Position numbers and translations under genes: made by a program
In this document: piece by piece, positions 1-11,512 of the stretch
Position numbering within the stretch: the stretch's first letter is position 1
How the letters are laid out: each line of letters opens with the position of its first letter
NCBI GenBank assembly: GCA_046045965.1
Contig: JBJOKS010000006.1
Span: 112,998 to 176,997 of the forward strand
Length of the DNA: 64,000 bases
Direction: 5' to 3'
Origin: Cyanobacteriota bacterium
Lineage (GTDB): Bacteria; Cyanobacteriota; Cyanobacteriia; Cyanobacteriales; Nostocaceae
The notes under the pieces: generated by a model
Database searches by the model: none
Told to the model about the DNA's origin: nothing
What the model saw: the letters and a program-made list of their open reading frames with translations, nothing else

Positions 1-1047
1 ATTAAAGGTAGTGGGAATCATGCTGTAAAGCGGATCAGCTTGACCTAATAAAACACGTTCATTTAATAATGGACGATCAATTAATGATGCGATCGCACTT
101 CTAACTTCTGGTTTATCCAAAGGCTTCTGATTGCGATTCAACACCATATAACTAACTACACTACCCTGAGCGGTAATTGCTTGCCAATTTCCGTTTTTAG
201 CACCATCTTCTAAACTGCGAATTTGGTCTGGTTGTAAAGATAAATAAGCAACATCTACCGCACCAGTTTTAAAAGCATTAAATAAATTCACTGGACTGGT
301 TTGAATCTGGACATTAATACCTTTATTCGCTGGTTTTTCTCCCCAATATTTGTCAAAGACATCAAATCTTAAAGAATCTGTACCATACTGGGCTAATTTA
401 TAAGCACCAGTTCCCACAAAAATATTGGGTTTAAATTTCCCCGCACCAATTTCATAAGCTTTGGGGGAAACTGGACACACTCCAGAAAATGCTAACAATG
501 AAGGAAAAGCCGCAAAGGGTTTTTTCAGCTTAATTGTTAATTCATATTCCCCAGTAGCTTTAACTGAATCCACTGTATCAGAAAGCAGAAAAGATGGTTT
601 ACCCTTATTTTCGATAAAACGCTGGATGCTAAATTCCATTGCTTTAGCGTTAAAAGGTGTGTCATCGTGAAAAACTACTCCTTGACGTAGGGGAATAGTG
701 TATGTTAAACCATCTGCACTTACTTTAGGTAAAGCTGTTGCCAGTTGGGGTTTGATTTCTGTGCTACCTGGTTCGTAAGTATATAGGCGATCGCTCATAT
801 TAAATACCAAACCCAAAGCTGCCAATTCATAAGCATCAGCGGGATCAAGAGTTCTAGGCTTTGAAGTTGTACCTATAGTAATCCGTCCATCACCAGCAGG
901 AGTATTGACAGCACCGGAGTTTGGTGTAGTTGTCTGTGGACTAGGAGTGCAACTAACAGCCAATAATAAACATAGAGAGAACAAAGATAGGAATTTTGTC
1001 ACCCTACCCCACCGTCTCATAGACCAAGAAAACCAATTTATTACCAT
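1..1047 (-). CDS. ABC transporter substrate-binding lipoprotein, family 5 (peptide/nickel type); 3' end runs off the window
   Basis: Own translation of the minus strand from ATG 1047: MVINWFSWSMRRWGRVTKFLSLFSLCLLLAVSC (lipobox) ... GRITIGTTSKPRTLDPADAYE ... YTIPLRQGVVFHDDTPFNA, the SBP_bac_5 signature. Not in the ORF track because it has no stop in the window. Confidence 0.85.
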   Translation of the reverse strand, partial: MVINWFSWSMRRWGRVTKFLSLFSLCLLLAVSCTPSPQTTTPNSGAVNTPAGDGRITIGTTSKPRTLDPADAYELAALGLVFNMSDRLYTYEPGSTEIKPQLATALPKVSADGLTYTIPLRQGVVFHDDTPFNAKAMEFSIQRFIENKGKPSFLLSDTVDSVKATGEYELTIKLKKPFAAFPSLLAFSGVCPVSPKAYEIGAGKFKPNIFVGTGAYKLAQYGTDSLRFDVFDKYWGEKPANKGINVQIQTSPVNLFNAFKTGAVDVAYLSLQPDQIRSLEDGAKNGNWQAITAQGSVVSYMVLNRNQKPLDKPEVRSAIASLIDRPLLNERVLLGQADPLYSMIPTTFN

Positions 1048-1517
1048 TAATTTTTTTTAATCAGCGGTCAGCCATTTTACTATATCTGTACCTTGATCAG
1101 TAACAATTCTGCTGATGCCTTACCATCAGGAAATATATGCCAATATAACGAAATATAAGCTAATTAAGCGTTTGACGGTGATTGGGAACGATATTTTTAG
1201 GTAAAGCGAAGTAATCGCATCTGTTTACAAGCTTGCAAAGCGTTCCATCAATAGTTACACTTTTTAAAATATTCTCATTTTTGCTTGGCGATAGCCTACC
1301 TGCTCAAATAGCCACTTTCCCAAAAGTTCACAACTCAAAGGAAACCAGCGTATTAAAGCAGATAAGCATTGCTAAACCACAGGCTGATCTGTGGTAAAAC
1401 TCAAGACTGGCAATAACAAAAAACTCAGAGAGTTCTCCAAGTCACGGCTTCCGTTTCCTGAGAACCTCAGTAAGAAAATTGCTTTGTAAACAAACTCTTC
1501 AAGGAGGATCGTAGTCG

Positions 1518-3047
1518 ATGGGACTACCCTGGTACCGAGTACATACAGTTGTTCTGAATGATCCAGGTCGGCTGATTTCTGTACACCTCATGCACACCGC
1601 CCTAGTCGCTGGCTGGGCTGGTTCAATGGCACTGTACGAACTAGCAGTTTACGACCCCAGTGATCCAGTTCTCAACCCCATGTGGAGACAAGGGATGTTC
1701 GTTCTTCCCTTCATGTCACGTTTAGGCGTAACTGAATCCTGGGGCGGATGGAGTGTGACTGGTGGCGCAGCAGTAGATCCTGGCTTTTGGTCATTTGAAG
1801 GCGTTGCTGCTGCTCACATCGTTCTTTCCGGTTTGTTATTCCTAGCAGCCGTTTGGCACTGGGTTTACTGGGACTTAGAACTGTTCAGAGATCCCCGTAC
1901 AGGCGAACCTGCCTTAGACTTGCCAAAAATGTTTGGCATCCACCTGTTCTTATCTGGTTTACTTTGCTTCGGCTTCGGTGCTTTCCACCTCACTGGACTA
2001 TTTGGTCCTGGTATGTGGGTTTCCGATGCCTTTGGTGTCACTGGCAGCATTCAACCAGTCGCACCAGAATGGGGACCTGCCGGGTTTAACCCCTTTAACC
2101 CCGGTGGTATTGTGGCTCACCACATTGCAGCTGGTGTAGTTGGTATTATCGCTGGTTTATTCCACCTCACTGTTAGACCTCCCGAAAGGCTCTATAAAGC
2201 CCTACGGATGGGTAATATTGAAACCGTACTTTCCAGCAGTATCGCGGCAGTATTCTTTGCTGCTTTCGTAGTAGCTGGAACCATGTGGTACGGTAATGCT
2301 GCTACCCCCATTGAATTGTTTGGTCCAACCCGCTATCAGTGGGATCAAGGCTACTTCCGTCAAGAAATTGATCGCCGTGTGCAAACCAGTGTTGCTCAAG
2401 GTGCAAGTCTAACTGAAGCTTGGGCGCAAATTCCCGAAAAACTGGCTTTCTATGACTACGTAGGCAATAGCCCCGCTAAAGGTGGTTTATTCCGTACAGG
2501 TCCAATGGTTAAGGGTGATGGTATTGCCCAATCTTGGCAAGGCCACGCAGTATTCACAGATGCAGAAGGACGCGAGTTAACTGTACGTCGTCTGCCTAAC
2601 TTCTTTGAAACCTTCCCAGTGATTTTGACCGATAAAGATGGAGTTGTCCGCGCTGACATTCCTTTCCGTCGGGCTGAGTCTAAATACAGCTTTGAGCAAA
2701 CAGGCGTAACTGTTAGCTTCTACGGTGGTAATCTCAACGGCAAGACCTTTACAGATCCTGCTGATGTGAAGAAATACGCTCGTAAAGCTCAAGGTGGAGA
2801 AATCTTTGAATTTGACCGCGAAACTTTGAACTCTGATGGTGTATTCCGTACATCTCCCAGAGGTTGGTTTACCTTTGGTCACGCTGTATTTGCGCTGCTG
2901 TTTTTCTTCGGACATCTGTGGCATGGCTCTCGGACAATCTACCGAGACGTATTTGCTGGTGTGGAAGCGGATCTAGAAGAACAAGTAGAGTGGGGTCTGT
3001 TCCAGAAAGTGGGTGACAAAACCACTCGTACGCGGAAGGAAGCTTAA
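1518..3047 (+). CDS. psbB: Photosystem II CP47 chlorophyll-binding protein
   Basis: [20 protein letters not shown]-terminus, 509 aa, AGGAGG RBS upstream. Confidence 0.99.
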   Translation: MGLPWYRVHTVVLNDPGRLISVHLMHTALVAGWAGSMALYELAVYDPSDPVLNPMWRQGMFVLPFMSRLGVTESWGGWSVTGGAAVDPGFWSFEGVAAAHIVLSGLLFLAAVWHWVYWDLELFRDPRTGEPALDLPKMFGIHLFLSGLLCFGFGAFHLTGLFGPGMWVSDAFGVTGSIQPVAPEWGPAGFNPFNPGGIVAHHIAAGVVGIIAGLFHLTVRPPERLYKALRMGNIETVLSSSIAAVFFAAFVVAGTMWYGNAATPIELFGPTRYQWDQGYFRQEIDRRVQTSVAQGASLTEAWAQIPEKLAFYDYVGNSPAKGGLFRTGPMVKGDGIAQSWQGHAVFTDAEGRELTVRRLPNFFETFPVILTDKDGVVRADIPFRRAESKYSFEQTGVTVSFYGGNLNGKTFTDPADVKKYARKAQGGEIFEFDRETLNSDGVFRTSPRGWFTFGHAVFALLFFFGHLWHGSRTIYRDVFAGVEADLEEQVEWGLFQKVGDKTTRTRKEA

Positions 3048-3138
3048 ACTACGATCAAGTATGGAGTTTTATTACTTCATACTTTTTCCCAGGTTTGGTA
3101 AACTAAGATTACTGGCCGGATAGGCAGGAACTCCTAAT

Positions 3139-3246
3139 ATGGAAAGCGTTGCATACATTTTAATTTTGACCTTGGCACTAGGTGTTCTCTTCTTTGCGAT
3201 CGCATTTCGCGAACCTCCCCGCTTTGAGAGAAAAGAGAAAGACTAA
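3139..3246 (+). CDS. psbT: Photosystem II reaction center protein T
   Basis: Own translation [46 protein letters not shown] motif, directly after psbB. Confidence 0.97.
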   Translation: MESVAYILILTLALGVLFFAIAFREPPRFERKEKD

Positions 3247-3609
3247 GCAGTTAAACAGTAAAAACTGGCATTTTTTCTCAGTATTCACCATTTAGCAATT
3301 TTTCAAGTCAGATTCTTCTATCCAGACTTGTAAAAAACCTCAAAATTCTATCCGTTGCCTCCTCTTTAGGTAGCAACGGATAATATTGTGAGTCTCTGTT
3401 GCTAAAATTATCAGGCTGCAAATGCCAACAAGTGAAAAATTTTTTGATATGTGATATAATATCCTATCTGGAAGATAATATGTGTGAACCTAGCTCTTCT
3501 GCGCTAGGATTGACAAAGATGTAAGTGTAGACTTATTGAAAAGCCACCGCATATACATCGTTAACTGTGACAAAAACTTGACGGAGACTAGAACCAGGAA
3601 CAAATCAGC

Positions 3610-4659
3610 ATGGTCAATCAGAATTTAACCGCTACAGAAATTGGATTTACTCACGAAGATTTCGCTGCTCTACTCGATAAATACGATTATCATTTTAGCC
3701 CTGGTGATGTTGTACCAGGTACAGTGTTTAGTATAGAGCCGCGCGGCGCTCTGATTGACATTGGTGCTAAAACAGCAGCATACATACCTATACAGGAAAT
3801 GTCTATTAACCGGGTCGATGCCCCGGAAGAAGTCTTACAATCAAACGAAACACGGGAATTTTTCATCCTCACTGATGAAAACGAAGATGGTCAGCTAACC
3901 CTGTCCATTCGTCGTATTGAATACATGAGGGCTTGGGAAAGAGTACGTCAATTACAGGCAGAAGATGCTACTGTCCGTTCTGGTGTATTTGCTACCAATC
4001 GTGGGGGCGCATTGGTAAGAATTGAGGGACTACGTGGCTTTATCCCCGGCTCCCACATTAGTACCCGCAAACCCAAAGAAGAATTGGTAGGGGAAGAATT
4101 GCCCTTAAAATTCCTAGAAGTAGACGAAGAACGCAACCGCTTAGTTCTTTCCCATCGTCGGGCGCTGGTTGAGCGGAAGATGAACCGGTTGGAAGTTGGC
4201 GAAGTGGTAATTGGTACTGTTCGCGGTATTAAACCCTACGGTGCATTCATTGATATCGGCGGTGTTAGTGGACTACTCCACATTTCTGAGATTTCCCATG
4301 AGCATATTGACACACCTCACAGCGTGTTCAATGTCAATGATGAAGTGAAAGTAATGATCATTGACTTGGATGCAGAAAGAGGTCGGATCTCGCTGTCTAC
4401 CAAGCAGTTGGAACCCGAACCCGGTGACATGATTAAGAACCGCGATTTGGTCTATGATAAGGCCGAAGAAATGGCAGCTAAGTATAGGGAACAAATGTTA
4501 GCTAAACAGCAAGGTATCACTGCTGCACCTGTGGAAGCGGTAGAAGCAGTGGAAACTGTAGAAGCTGTAGAAACTGCACCTGTGGAAGCTGTAGCTGAAG
4601 AAGAAATTCCACCAGCAACTGAAGCTGAAGAAGAGATCCCAGCAGCTGTTGAAGAGTAA
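3610..4659 (+). CDS. rps1: 30S ribosomal protein S1
   Basis: Three S1 domains, typical cyanobacterial Rps1a sequence, acidic low-complexity tail. Confidence 0.97.
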   Translation: MVNQNLTATEIGFTHEDFAALLDKYDYHFSPGDVVPGTVFSIEPRGALIDIGAKTAAYIPIQEMSINRVDAPEEVLQSNETREFFILTDENEDGQLTLSIRRIEYMRAWERVRQLQAEDATVRSGVFATNRGGALVRIEGLRGFIPGSHISTRKPKEELVGEELPLKFLEVDEERNRLVLSHRRALVERKMNRLEVGEVVIGTVRGIKPYGAFIDIGGVSGLLHISEISHEHIDTPHSVFNVNDEVKVMIIDLDAERGRISLSTKQLEPEPGDMIKNRDLVYDKAEEMAAKYREQMLAKQQGITAAPVEAVEAVETVEAVETAPVEAVAEEEIPPATEAEEEIPAAVEE

Positions 4660-4699
4660 TATACCCTTAGTTGTAATTATTTACAACTCTGTATTTGAT

Positions 4700-4724
4700 G
4701 AAGAGGGATTTTCCCTCTTTTTTT
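4700..4724 (+). terminator. Probable intrinsic terminator of rps1
   Basis: AAGAGGG-ATTTT-CCCTCTT hairpin followed by a T-run. Confidence 0.6.
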
Positions 4725-4757
4725 ATATTCAAAATCATATTAGTGGGGTGTAATATT

Positions 4758-5495
4758 TTGGCAACTATAAAATGTAGAAACATCACGTTTTCTCATATTC
4801 AAGCGATTTTATTTGATAAAAATGGGACATTAGAAGACTCAGAAGCTTATTTGCGATCGCTCGGACAAAAAGGAGCGCGGATGATAGACGCGCAAATTCC
4901 CGGTATTGGCGAACCTTTATTAATGGCTTTTGGTATAAATGGCGATCGCTTAGATCCGGCTGGTTTAATAGCCGTAGCTAGTCGCAAAGAAACAGAAGTA
5001 GCCGCAGCGGCCTATATAGCTGAAACAGGTAGAGGATGGTTTGAGTCCTTAAAAATTGCCCGTCAAGCCCTAGCAGAAGCTGAAAAATACGTGAATAAAA
5101 CCCCCTCACCTCTGTTTCCTGGTAGCTTAGAAGTTTTAAAATCTCTCTCAGCAGCAGGTCTAAAACTAGGTATCCTCTCAGCTGCAACAACTCAGGATGT
5201 GCAGAAATTTGTCATCACTCATCATTTAAGAGATTACCTACAATTAGAAATGGGAGTTGATGAAGGTCCGAGTAAACCAGATCCCATTTTATTTCTACAC
5301 GCTTGTCAAACTTTAGGTGTACAACCGGGAGCTACTTTGATGGTAGGCGATTCTGTTGGTGATATGCAAATGGCGAGAGATGGTAAAGCCGCAGGTTGTA
5401 TAGGTATTACTTGGATTGATAATTTAGGTAATGTTCAAGGTGCTGATGTCGTGATTAATAAACTTGAGGAAATTCAGATTTTAGAGGATGTCTGA
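4758..5495 (+). CDS. HAD-family hydrolase
   Basis: ILFDKNGTL motif I, SKPDP, MVGDS..D motif; TTG 4758 preferred as start because the longer ORF start overlaps the rps1 terminator. Confidence 0.85.
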   Translation: MATIKCRNITFSHIQAILFDKNGTLEDSEAYLRSLGQKGARMIDAQIPGIGEPLLMAFGINGDRLDPAGLIAVASRKETEVAAAAYIAETGRGWFESLKIARQALAEAEKYVNKTPSPLFPGSLEVLKSLSAAGLKLGILSAATTQDVQKFVITHHLRDYLQLEMGVDEGPSKPDPILFLHACQTLGVQPGATLMVGDSVGDMQMARDGKAAGCIGITWIDNLGNVQGADVVINKLEEIQILEDV

Positions 5496-5618
5496 GAAGT
5501 ATTTTTAAGAGTGATTTAGAGAGATCAATACAATATTTACAATACTTTTCTTCCTTGTCAACAAAGTACGAATTTCTGATACAATCAAAAATCCGACTCC
5601 TTTAACATAGATTGATGT

Positions 5619-7022
5619 ATGAGCAAGGGTACACTATTTGACAAAGTTTGGGACTTACACACCGTTGGTACACTGCCATCAGGATTAACACAACTATTTA
5701 TTGGACTACATCTTATTCATGAAGTTACCAGTCCCCAAGCCTTTGCTATGCTCAAGGAGCGGGATTTAAAAGTATTATTCCCAGAACGGACAATAGCCAC
5801 AGTTGATCATATCGTTCCCACAGAAAACCAAGCTCGTCCCTTTGTGGATAGCATGGCCGAAGAAATGATCCAGGCATTAGAAAAGAGTTGTCAAGAAAAT
5901 GACATAACTTTTTACAATATTGGTTCAGGAAATCAAGGTATAGTTCACGTTATTGCACCAGAACTGGGACTCACCCAACCAGGAATGACCATTGCTTGTG
6001 GAGATAGCCACACATCCAGTCATGGTGCATTTGGAGCGATCGCCTTTGGTATTGGTACAAGCCAAGTTAGAGACGTTCTCGCCTCCCAAACTCTATCATT
6101 ATCTAAACTCAAAGTCCGCAAAATCGAAGTTAACGGCAACTTAAAACCTGGAGTTTACGCCAAAGACGTAATTTTGCATATTATCCGTACATTAGGCGTA
6201 AAAGGTGGAGTAGGCTACGCTTATGAATTTGCAGGAACCACCTTTGCACAGATGAACATGGAAGAACGGATGACCGTTTGTAACATGGCCATAGAAGGTG
6301 GTGCAAGATGCGGTTACGTCAACCCCGACCAAATTACTTACGACTACCTAAAAAATAGAGACTTCGCCCCCAAAGGTGCAGACTGGGACAAAGCCCTTGC
6401 TTGGTGGGAATCTCTGCGGAGTGATGCCGAAGCCGAATATGATGATGTGGTAGTATTTAATGCCGAAGACATTCCCCCCACAGTCACATGGGGAATTACA
6501 CCAGGTCAAGGAATAGGTGTAGATGAAAAAGTCCCCACAGCCGGAGAACTGCTAGAAGAAGACCGCTTCATAGCCGAAGAAGCATATCGCTACATGGACT
6601 TATATCCAGGTCAACCCATCCAAGGGACAAAAATTGACGTTTGCTTTATCGGTAGCTGTACCAACGGACGCATCAGCGACCTGAGAGAAGCCGCCAAAAT
6701 AGCCAAAGGACGCAAAGTTGCAGAAGGTGTGAAAGCTTTCGTCGTTCCTGGTTCAGAAAGAGTCAAAAAAGAAGCCGAAGCCGAAGGACTAGATAAAATC
6801 TTCGTTGCAGCAGGTTTCGAGTGGAGAGAACCAGGGTGTTCCATGTGTTTAGCCATGAACCCCGACAAACTGCAAGGAAGACAAATTAGCGCGTCATCAT
6901 CTAACCGCAACTTTAAGGGAAGACAAGGTTCCGCTTCCGGTCGCACCTTACTCATGAGTCCCGCAATGGTAGCCACCGCAGCTATTAAAGGAGAAGTCGC
7001 TGACGTGCGTGAATTCTTCTAA
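5619..7022 (+). CDS. leuC: 3-isopropylmalate dehydratase large subunit
   Basis: [32 protein letters not shown] motifs. Confidence 0.98.
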   Translation: MSKGTLFDKVWDLHTVGTLPSGLTQLFIGLHLIHEVTSPQAFAMLKERDLKVLFPERTIATVDHIVPTENQARPFVDSMAEEMIQALEKSCQENDITFYNIGSGNQGIVHVIAPELGLTQPGMTIACGDSHTSSHGAFGAIAFGIGTSQVRDVLASQTLSLSKLKVRKIEVNGNLKPGVYAKDVILHIIRTLGVKGGVGYAYEFAGTTFAQMNMEERMTVCNMAIEGGARCGYVNPDQITYDYLKNRDFAPKGADWDKALAWWESLRSDAEAEYDDVVVFNAEDIPPTVTWGITPGQGIGVDEKVPTAGELLEEDRFIAEEAYRYMDLYPGQPIQGTKIDVCFIGSCTNGRISDLREAAKIAKGRKVAEGVKAFVVPGSERVKKEAEAEGLDKIFVAAGFEWREPGCSMCLAMNPDKLQGRQISASSSNRNFKGRQGSASGRTLLMSPAMVATAAIKGEVADVREFF

Positions 7023-7120
7023 TAACCCTGAATAACCCTTGTGGGGTGGGCATCTTGCCCGCCCATAACAAAAAAATCTCTCTTAAACTCTTTCCTTCGT
7101 GCCTTCGTGGTTCATTAATT

Positions 7121-7729
7121 ATGGTAAGTGAAGTAAAACAAATATCCAGTACCGCCGTTCCCCTCATCGGTAACGACATCGACACAGACAGAATTATACC
7201 CGCCCGCTATTTAAAAGCAGTCACCTTTGACGGCTTAGGAGAAGGTGTATTTATCGACGACAGAAAAGCCTTAAACGGTCAACATCCCTTTGACCTACCC
7301 CAATACCAAGGAGCGAAAATATTAATAGTTAACCGCAACTTTGGCTGTGGTTCATCAAGAGAACACGCACCCCAGGCCTTAGCCAAATGGGGAATTAAAG
7401 CGATAATTGGTGAAAGCTTCGCAGAAATATTCTTTGGTAACTGCGTCGCTATGGGGATACCTTGCGTAACAGCCGAACCTAGCATAGTTAAACAAATGCA
7501 AGAATTAGTCACCGCGAACCCTCAAGCAATCTTTATCATAGATGTGGAAAAATTGCAAGTACAGATTGGTGATTTTATTACCCCAGTGGTGATGGGAGAA
7601 GGAACAAGAACCGCTTTTGTTTCTGGGACTTGGGACGCTTGCGGACAGTTGGTAGCAAATGCAGAACAGGTAAAGGCGATCGCATCGAAATTACCTTATA
7701 TTGGTTGGGGTAAATTAGCCGCAAGTTAG
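7121..7729 (+). CDS. leuD: 3-isopropylmalate dehydratase small subunit
   Basis: [22 protein letters not shown]; start set at ATG 7121 because the upstream extension is repeat DNA. Confidence 0.96.
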   Translation: MVSEVKQISSTAVPLIGNDIDTDRIIPARYLKAVTFDGLGEGVFIDDRKALNGQHPFDLPQYQGAKILIVNRNFGCGSSREHAPQALAKWGIKAIIGESFAEIFFGNCVAMGIPCVTAEPSIVKQMQELVTANPQAIFIIDVEKLQVQIGDFITPVVMGEGTRTAFVSGTWDACGQLVANAEQVKAIASKLPYIGWGKLAAS

Positions 7730-7752
7730 TTTGATCCCCCCAACCCCCCTTA

Positions 7753-7926
7753 GAGGTTGTTTGAAAAGTCTAATGTATTACCCCACCTAGCGACTAGAAG
7801 TCGTGGCTAAACAGACAAAACCCACCTACATGGGTTTCAAAACCTTGATTTTCCATTAGTCCACGCAGGTGGACTTGGTTTGTGTAGTAGCGAATTATAT
7901 TCGCCCAAAACTTTTAAAACATCCTC
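7753..7926. mobile_element. 174-bp MITE with 17-bp imperfect TIRs and TTA target duplication
   Basis: Left end GAGGTTGTTTGAAAAGT, right end ACTTTTAAAACATCCTC (15/17 complementary); TTA at 7750-7752 and 7927-7929; no ORF. Confidence 0.8.
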
Positions 7927-7994
7927 TTAAAAAGGGGGCTAAATTACTTAAAATCGCCTAAAATTGTTTCTACAATTAGGGAATTAATTATGAG

Positions 7995-8453
7995 ATGAAT
8001 GCAATTAATTATTGGTTAATGAAATCAGAACCAGCAGTTTATAGTATTACTGACTTACAACAGCAAAGTGAGACAATTTGGGACGGTGTGCGTAATTATC
8101 AAGCACGTAATTTCTTGAGACAAATGCAAATAGGAGATTTAGCTTTTTTCTATCATTCTAATGCTGAACCTCCTGGTGTTTTTGGGTTAATGCGAATAAT
8201 TGAAACAGGAATTCCTGACCCTACACAATTTGACGTAAATAGTAAATATTATGATCCTAAATCTACTCCAGAATCTCCCCGCTGGCAAACAGTAAAAGTA
8301 GAATTTGTAGAGGTATTTTCTCAACCTATTTCCTTATCTACACTTAAATAAAAATTTAGTGAAGATGAATTATTAGTGGTGAAAAAAGGAAATCGCTTAT
8401 CAGTAATACCTATTTTGGCAGCAGTAGCTAAAAAGATTTTGGACATGAATTGA
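7995..8453 (+). pseudogene. EVE-domain protein with an internal stop codon
   Basis: YWLMKSEP, WDGVRNYQARN, FFYHS motifs; TAA at 8349-8351, then the same frame continues KFSEDELLVVKKGNRLSVIPI... to TGA 8453. Confidence 0.8.
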
Positions 8454-8805
8454 GTGATTATGTACCGAGTATATTCTTGACTCATCTTCTATGAAATTAG
8501 AAATCATTTGAAAAGTAGTATTTTTTGTCAAGATAGATTAGACTAGAAATAGAACTAAATTGTCATGGTTTGGAATTCACAACTTTTATTTAAAAAAGAA
8601 ACTCAACTAACAACTTACCTGACAATAGATTACATTCAAATATAGCCAAAAGTTTCCAGCGATAAATAAAGAGCAAGCATTCATGGTGTTGTAGTAAATA
8701 TAACCAGAAAATGCCAGTTTGGAAACATTGTCAGAACTGAAGAAAATTTTTCTGGCAAGCTTTTGAGTTAATCTAGTTTTTTCCCTATTCAAAGAGAATT
8801 TTGTT

Positions 8806-9039
8806 ATGCTTAACGGACCATTGCATGAACAACCTCGTAACCAACGAGCCACTGTAATTCGTACAAGTAATGAATTTGTACTGCTAGAATGGCTAAAGTC
8901 CACTGGACGTTTAATAGCGCGTGAACCTGTAGAGTCTGAGCATCTCAAGGAAGTGGAAGAAATTTCAGAGATTATAGACCTCGATGATCTCACCTATGAT
9001 AATGATGATGATGACACAGATTTAGATTTAGAAGATTAG
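8806..9039 (+). CDS. Small cyanobacterial protein, DUF3134-like
   Basis: PLHEQPRNQRA..LLEWLKSTGRLIARE motif with an acidic tail. Confidence 0.75.
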   Translation: MLNGPLHEQPRNQRATVIRTSNEFVLLEWLKSTGRLIAREPVESEHLKEVEEISEIIDLDDLTYDNDDDDTDLDLED

Positions 9040-9131
9040 TATAACTAGGCAGAAAGCACGAGGCAGAATGTAATTTGTAGCTGTCCTGTGATTTCTGCCG
9101 TTATCAGTAATTTTACAGCATTTGCGTGAAA

Positions 9132-10544
9132 CTAATCTTTAATCAACTTCTCCAACGCTACCTGCAAATCTTTTGTTAATTCACTCACACCCTTTCTAGA
9201 AGCCTGTTTATTTCCTTGACAATTCTCCCATCTTTCACTCACAGAGATCGGTTCACCAACAATAATCATCGACTGTTTTAAACCTAAACGCGGCCTTCCT
9301 GGTAAAGTAGAATCTTGAATGCGAGACAGCATATCAAACATTAATAAAGTCGTTTCTGCAAATCTATCAGCCGTGGGTTTTTCTTGAATATAATTAGCTG
9401 TAACTGCTACAAAACTTTCTGCTATTCTCATGTGTTGCATTTTCAAATCTGCTTCCTCCGCTACCCAGTCAGCCAGACCACGTTTAAAAGGTGGTAAACT
9501 ATGAATATGCTCTATATCATCTCGATAAATATAATTCCAACCAGCTTCTTCTAACCTGCGACATCTATCAATAAAAGTTCCTTGGGCTGAAACATTAAAA
9601 TATTCTTCAGCAACCTGTAACGCTGTATCCATCAAATTTCTTAACCTAGCAATTAAAACCTCGTTGGGGTTAGCTGTTTCTTCAGCAGTAATGACTGGTA
9701 AATCTCGATGATAGAAACGACGATAAAAGACTTCCATTTCTGTGACTAAATATTCTGCTAAATGGAAAATACGCTGATATAAAATTTCTGCTCTATTCTT
9801 GCCAGTTTGATTAATTTGTGTAACTTTTAAACCGCTATCAGCTTCTAATTTAGATAACAGCCAATCTATTTTTTCCCAAGGTGGGTTAACATAACTATAT
9901 TTAATAGCAATTGGGATAATAAAAACAGTTTCTTCACGGTTAGCTTTTTGCAAATCTTCCACACACCAAAAACCCAACTGTGCTACACCTGGTTCTAAAG
10001 GACTGACAATACCACTATGACCATTTGTACCACCTTCAGGAGCGATCGCAATCGGCATTTTCGCATTTACAAATAAATTTCGTGCCATTTGAATTGCATT
10101 TCTGTCTACTTTTCTTCCCCTGCGAATAGGTACACCCCCAGCACGCGAGAATAACCATCCTAACCATTTTCCTGCCCATAAAGTCATCCCCCTTTCATAC
10201 ATAAAATGACTATGAACTGGGTATTTTAAATCAATTCCTTTTTCCCTTGCTACTTTAGGAACCATGCGAGAAAGTAAATATAACATTGACAGGGGATCTT
10301 CAACTTCTGGATGACGAAAAGCAATTAAAAACCGAATTTTTCCTGCTTGAAATTCATGATATAATTTAGCTAAAACTTCAGTATTTTTAGCTTCAATTTT
10401 CACAATACCAGCAGGTAGCCAAGGTCTGGTTCTCACTCGTAAAATAAAAGGGAGAAACCAAGACATGATCTTAAGTACCCAAGGTTGAAAATTTGGGGGA
10501 ATAAATTTTAATGGTGGTTGGGTGGAATGAATAGACTTAGGCAA
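9132..10544 (-). CDS. Phospholipid/glycerol acyltransferase (PlsC-like)
   Basis: FRHPEVED (HxxxxD-like) and IAPEGG motifs. Confidence 0.85.
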   Translation of the reverse strand: MPKSIHSTQPPLKFIPPNFQPWVLKIMSWFLPFILRVRTRPWLPAGIVKIEAKNTEVLAKLYHEFQAGKIRFLIAFRHPEVEDPLSMLYLLSRMVPKVAREKGIDLKYPVHSHFMYERGMTLWAGKWLGWLFSRAGGVPIRRGRKVDRNAIQMARNLFVNAKMPIAIAPEGGTNGHSGIVSPLEPGVAQLGFWCVEDLQKANREETVFIIPIAIKYSYVNPPWEKIDWLLSKLEADSGLKVTQINQTGKNRAEILYQRIFHLAEYLVTEMEVFYRRFYHRDLPVITAEETANPNEVLIARLRNLMDTALQVAEEYFNVSAQGTFIDRCRRLEEAGWNYIYRDDIEHIHSLPPFKRGLADWVAEEADLKMQHMRIAESFVAVTANYIQEKPTADRFAETTLLMFDMLSRIQDSTLPGRPRLGLKQSMIIVGEPISVSERWENCQGNKQASRKGVSELTKDLQVALEKLIKD

Positions 10545-10698
10545 TTTTTTGCTCCTATGTTCAGGGAAATAAAAAGCGATTGCACTTACACTAATTTTAT
10601 GTGAATATTATGCAAATATGTAAAACTGTAAAAAATAAAACTACTCAAATTATCTGCGTTCATCTGCGTTCATCTGCGTTCCCTAAAAACTAAAAAAT

Positions 10699-11331
10699 AT
10701 GAACACAACCCCAGAACAAAAACAATTTGCACCAGCAACCCAACGCAACCGCGAACCCATTTTAGAGGTACTTCAACAAATCTTACCCACAACAGGAACA
10801 ATTTTAGAAATAGCCAGTGGAACAGGAGAACACGCAGTATTTTTTGCACCTCATCTAGCACCGCGAAAATGGCTACCCTCTGACCCAAACCCTCTATTAA
10901 GAGACAGTATCAAAGCTTGGATAGCAGAATGTAAAAGTAATAATATTTACCCTCCTTTAGATTTAGATGCTCAGTTACCCGTTTGGCCAGTTGAAAAACA
11001 AACATTTACAGACTCGGCAATTGCCGCTATTGTTAACATTAACATGATTCACATTTCCCCTTGGTCAGCTTGTTTAGGACTCATGGCTGGGGCTGGACGG
11101 ATTTTACCCCCAGATGGTATCCTTTACTTATACGGACCCTATAAACAAAACGGTCAACATACCGCACCCAGTAACGCTGCTTTTGATGAGTCGTTACAAT
11201 TACAAAACCCAGAGTGGGGAGTGCGTAATTTAGAAGATGTGGTACAAGCAGCAAAAGCTGAAAATTTGACATTGCAGAAAATTTACCAAATGCCAGCCAA
11301 TAATTTATCAGTTGTCTTCCAAAGAAATTAA
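10699..11331 (+). CDS. DUF938 class I SAM-dependent methyltransferase
   Basis: APATQRNREPIL, LEIASGTGEH, INMIHISPW, LYGPY, NPEWGVR. Confidence 0.9.
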   Translation: MNTTPEQKQFAPATQRNREPILEVLQQILPTTGTILEIASGTGEHAVFFAPHLAPRKWLPSDPNPLLRDSIKAWIAECKSNNIYPPLDLDAQLPVWPVEKQTFTDSAIAAIVNINMIHISPWSACLGLMAGAGRILPPDGILYLYGPYKQNGQHTAPSNAAFDESLQLQNPEWGVRNLEDVVQAAKAENLTLQKIYQMPANNLSVVFQRN

Positions 11332-11341
11332 ACTAAATAAG

Positions 11342-11414
11342 TGGAGGTTAGCGGACTCGAACCGCTGACATCCTGCTTGCAAAGCAGGCGCTCTACCAAC
11401 TGAGCTAAACCCCC
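11342..11414 (-). tRNA. tRNA-Ala (anticodon TGC)
   Basis: Reverse complement GGGGGTTTAGCTCAGTTGGTAGAGCGCCTGCTTTGCAAGCAGGATGTCAGCGGTTCGAGTCCGCTAACCTCCA gives a cloverleaf with G3:U70. Confidence 0.97.
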
Positions 11415-11512
11415 GTTTTTCAAGTCAAAATCAAAGAAGTTCGTTTTTTCAGAAACGGGTTAAGTTTAAACTTAAACTAAATAATATCCTATTATTCTTT
11501 TTTTGTAAACAG

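Noticed and set aside
461..670. 69-aa plus-strand ORF and the many short ORFs antisense to or out of frame within housekeeping genes
   Set aside because: They are shadow ORFs of well-supported genes such as the ABC binding protein, psbB, leuC, murD, glyS and cas10d.
8607..8993. 128-aa minus-strand ORF
   Set aside because: Antisense to the DUF3134-like gene, with no recognisable motifs.
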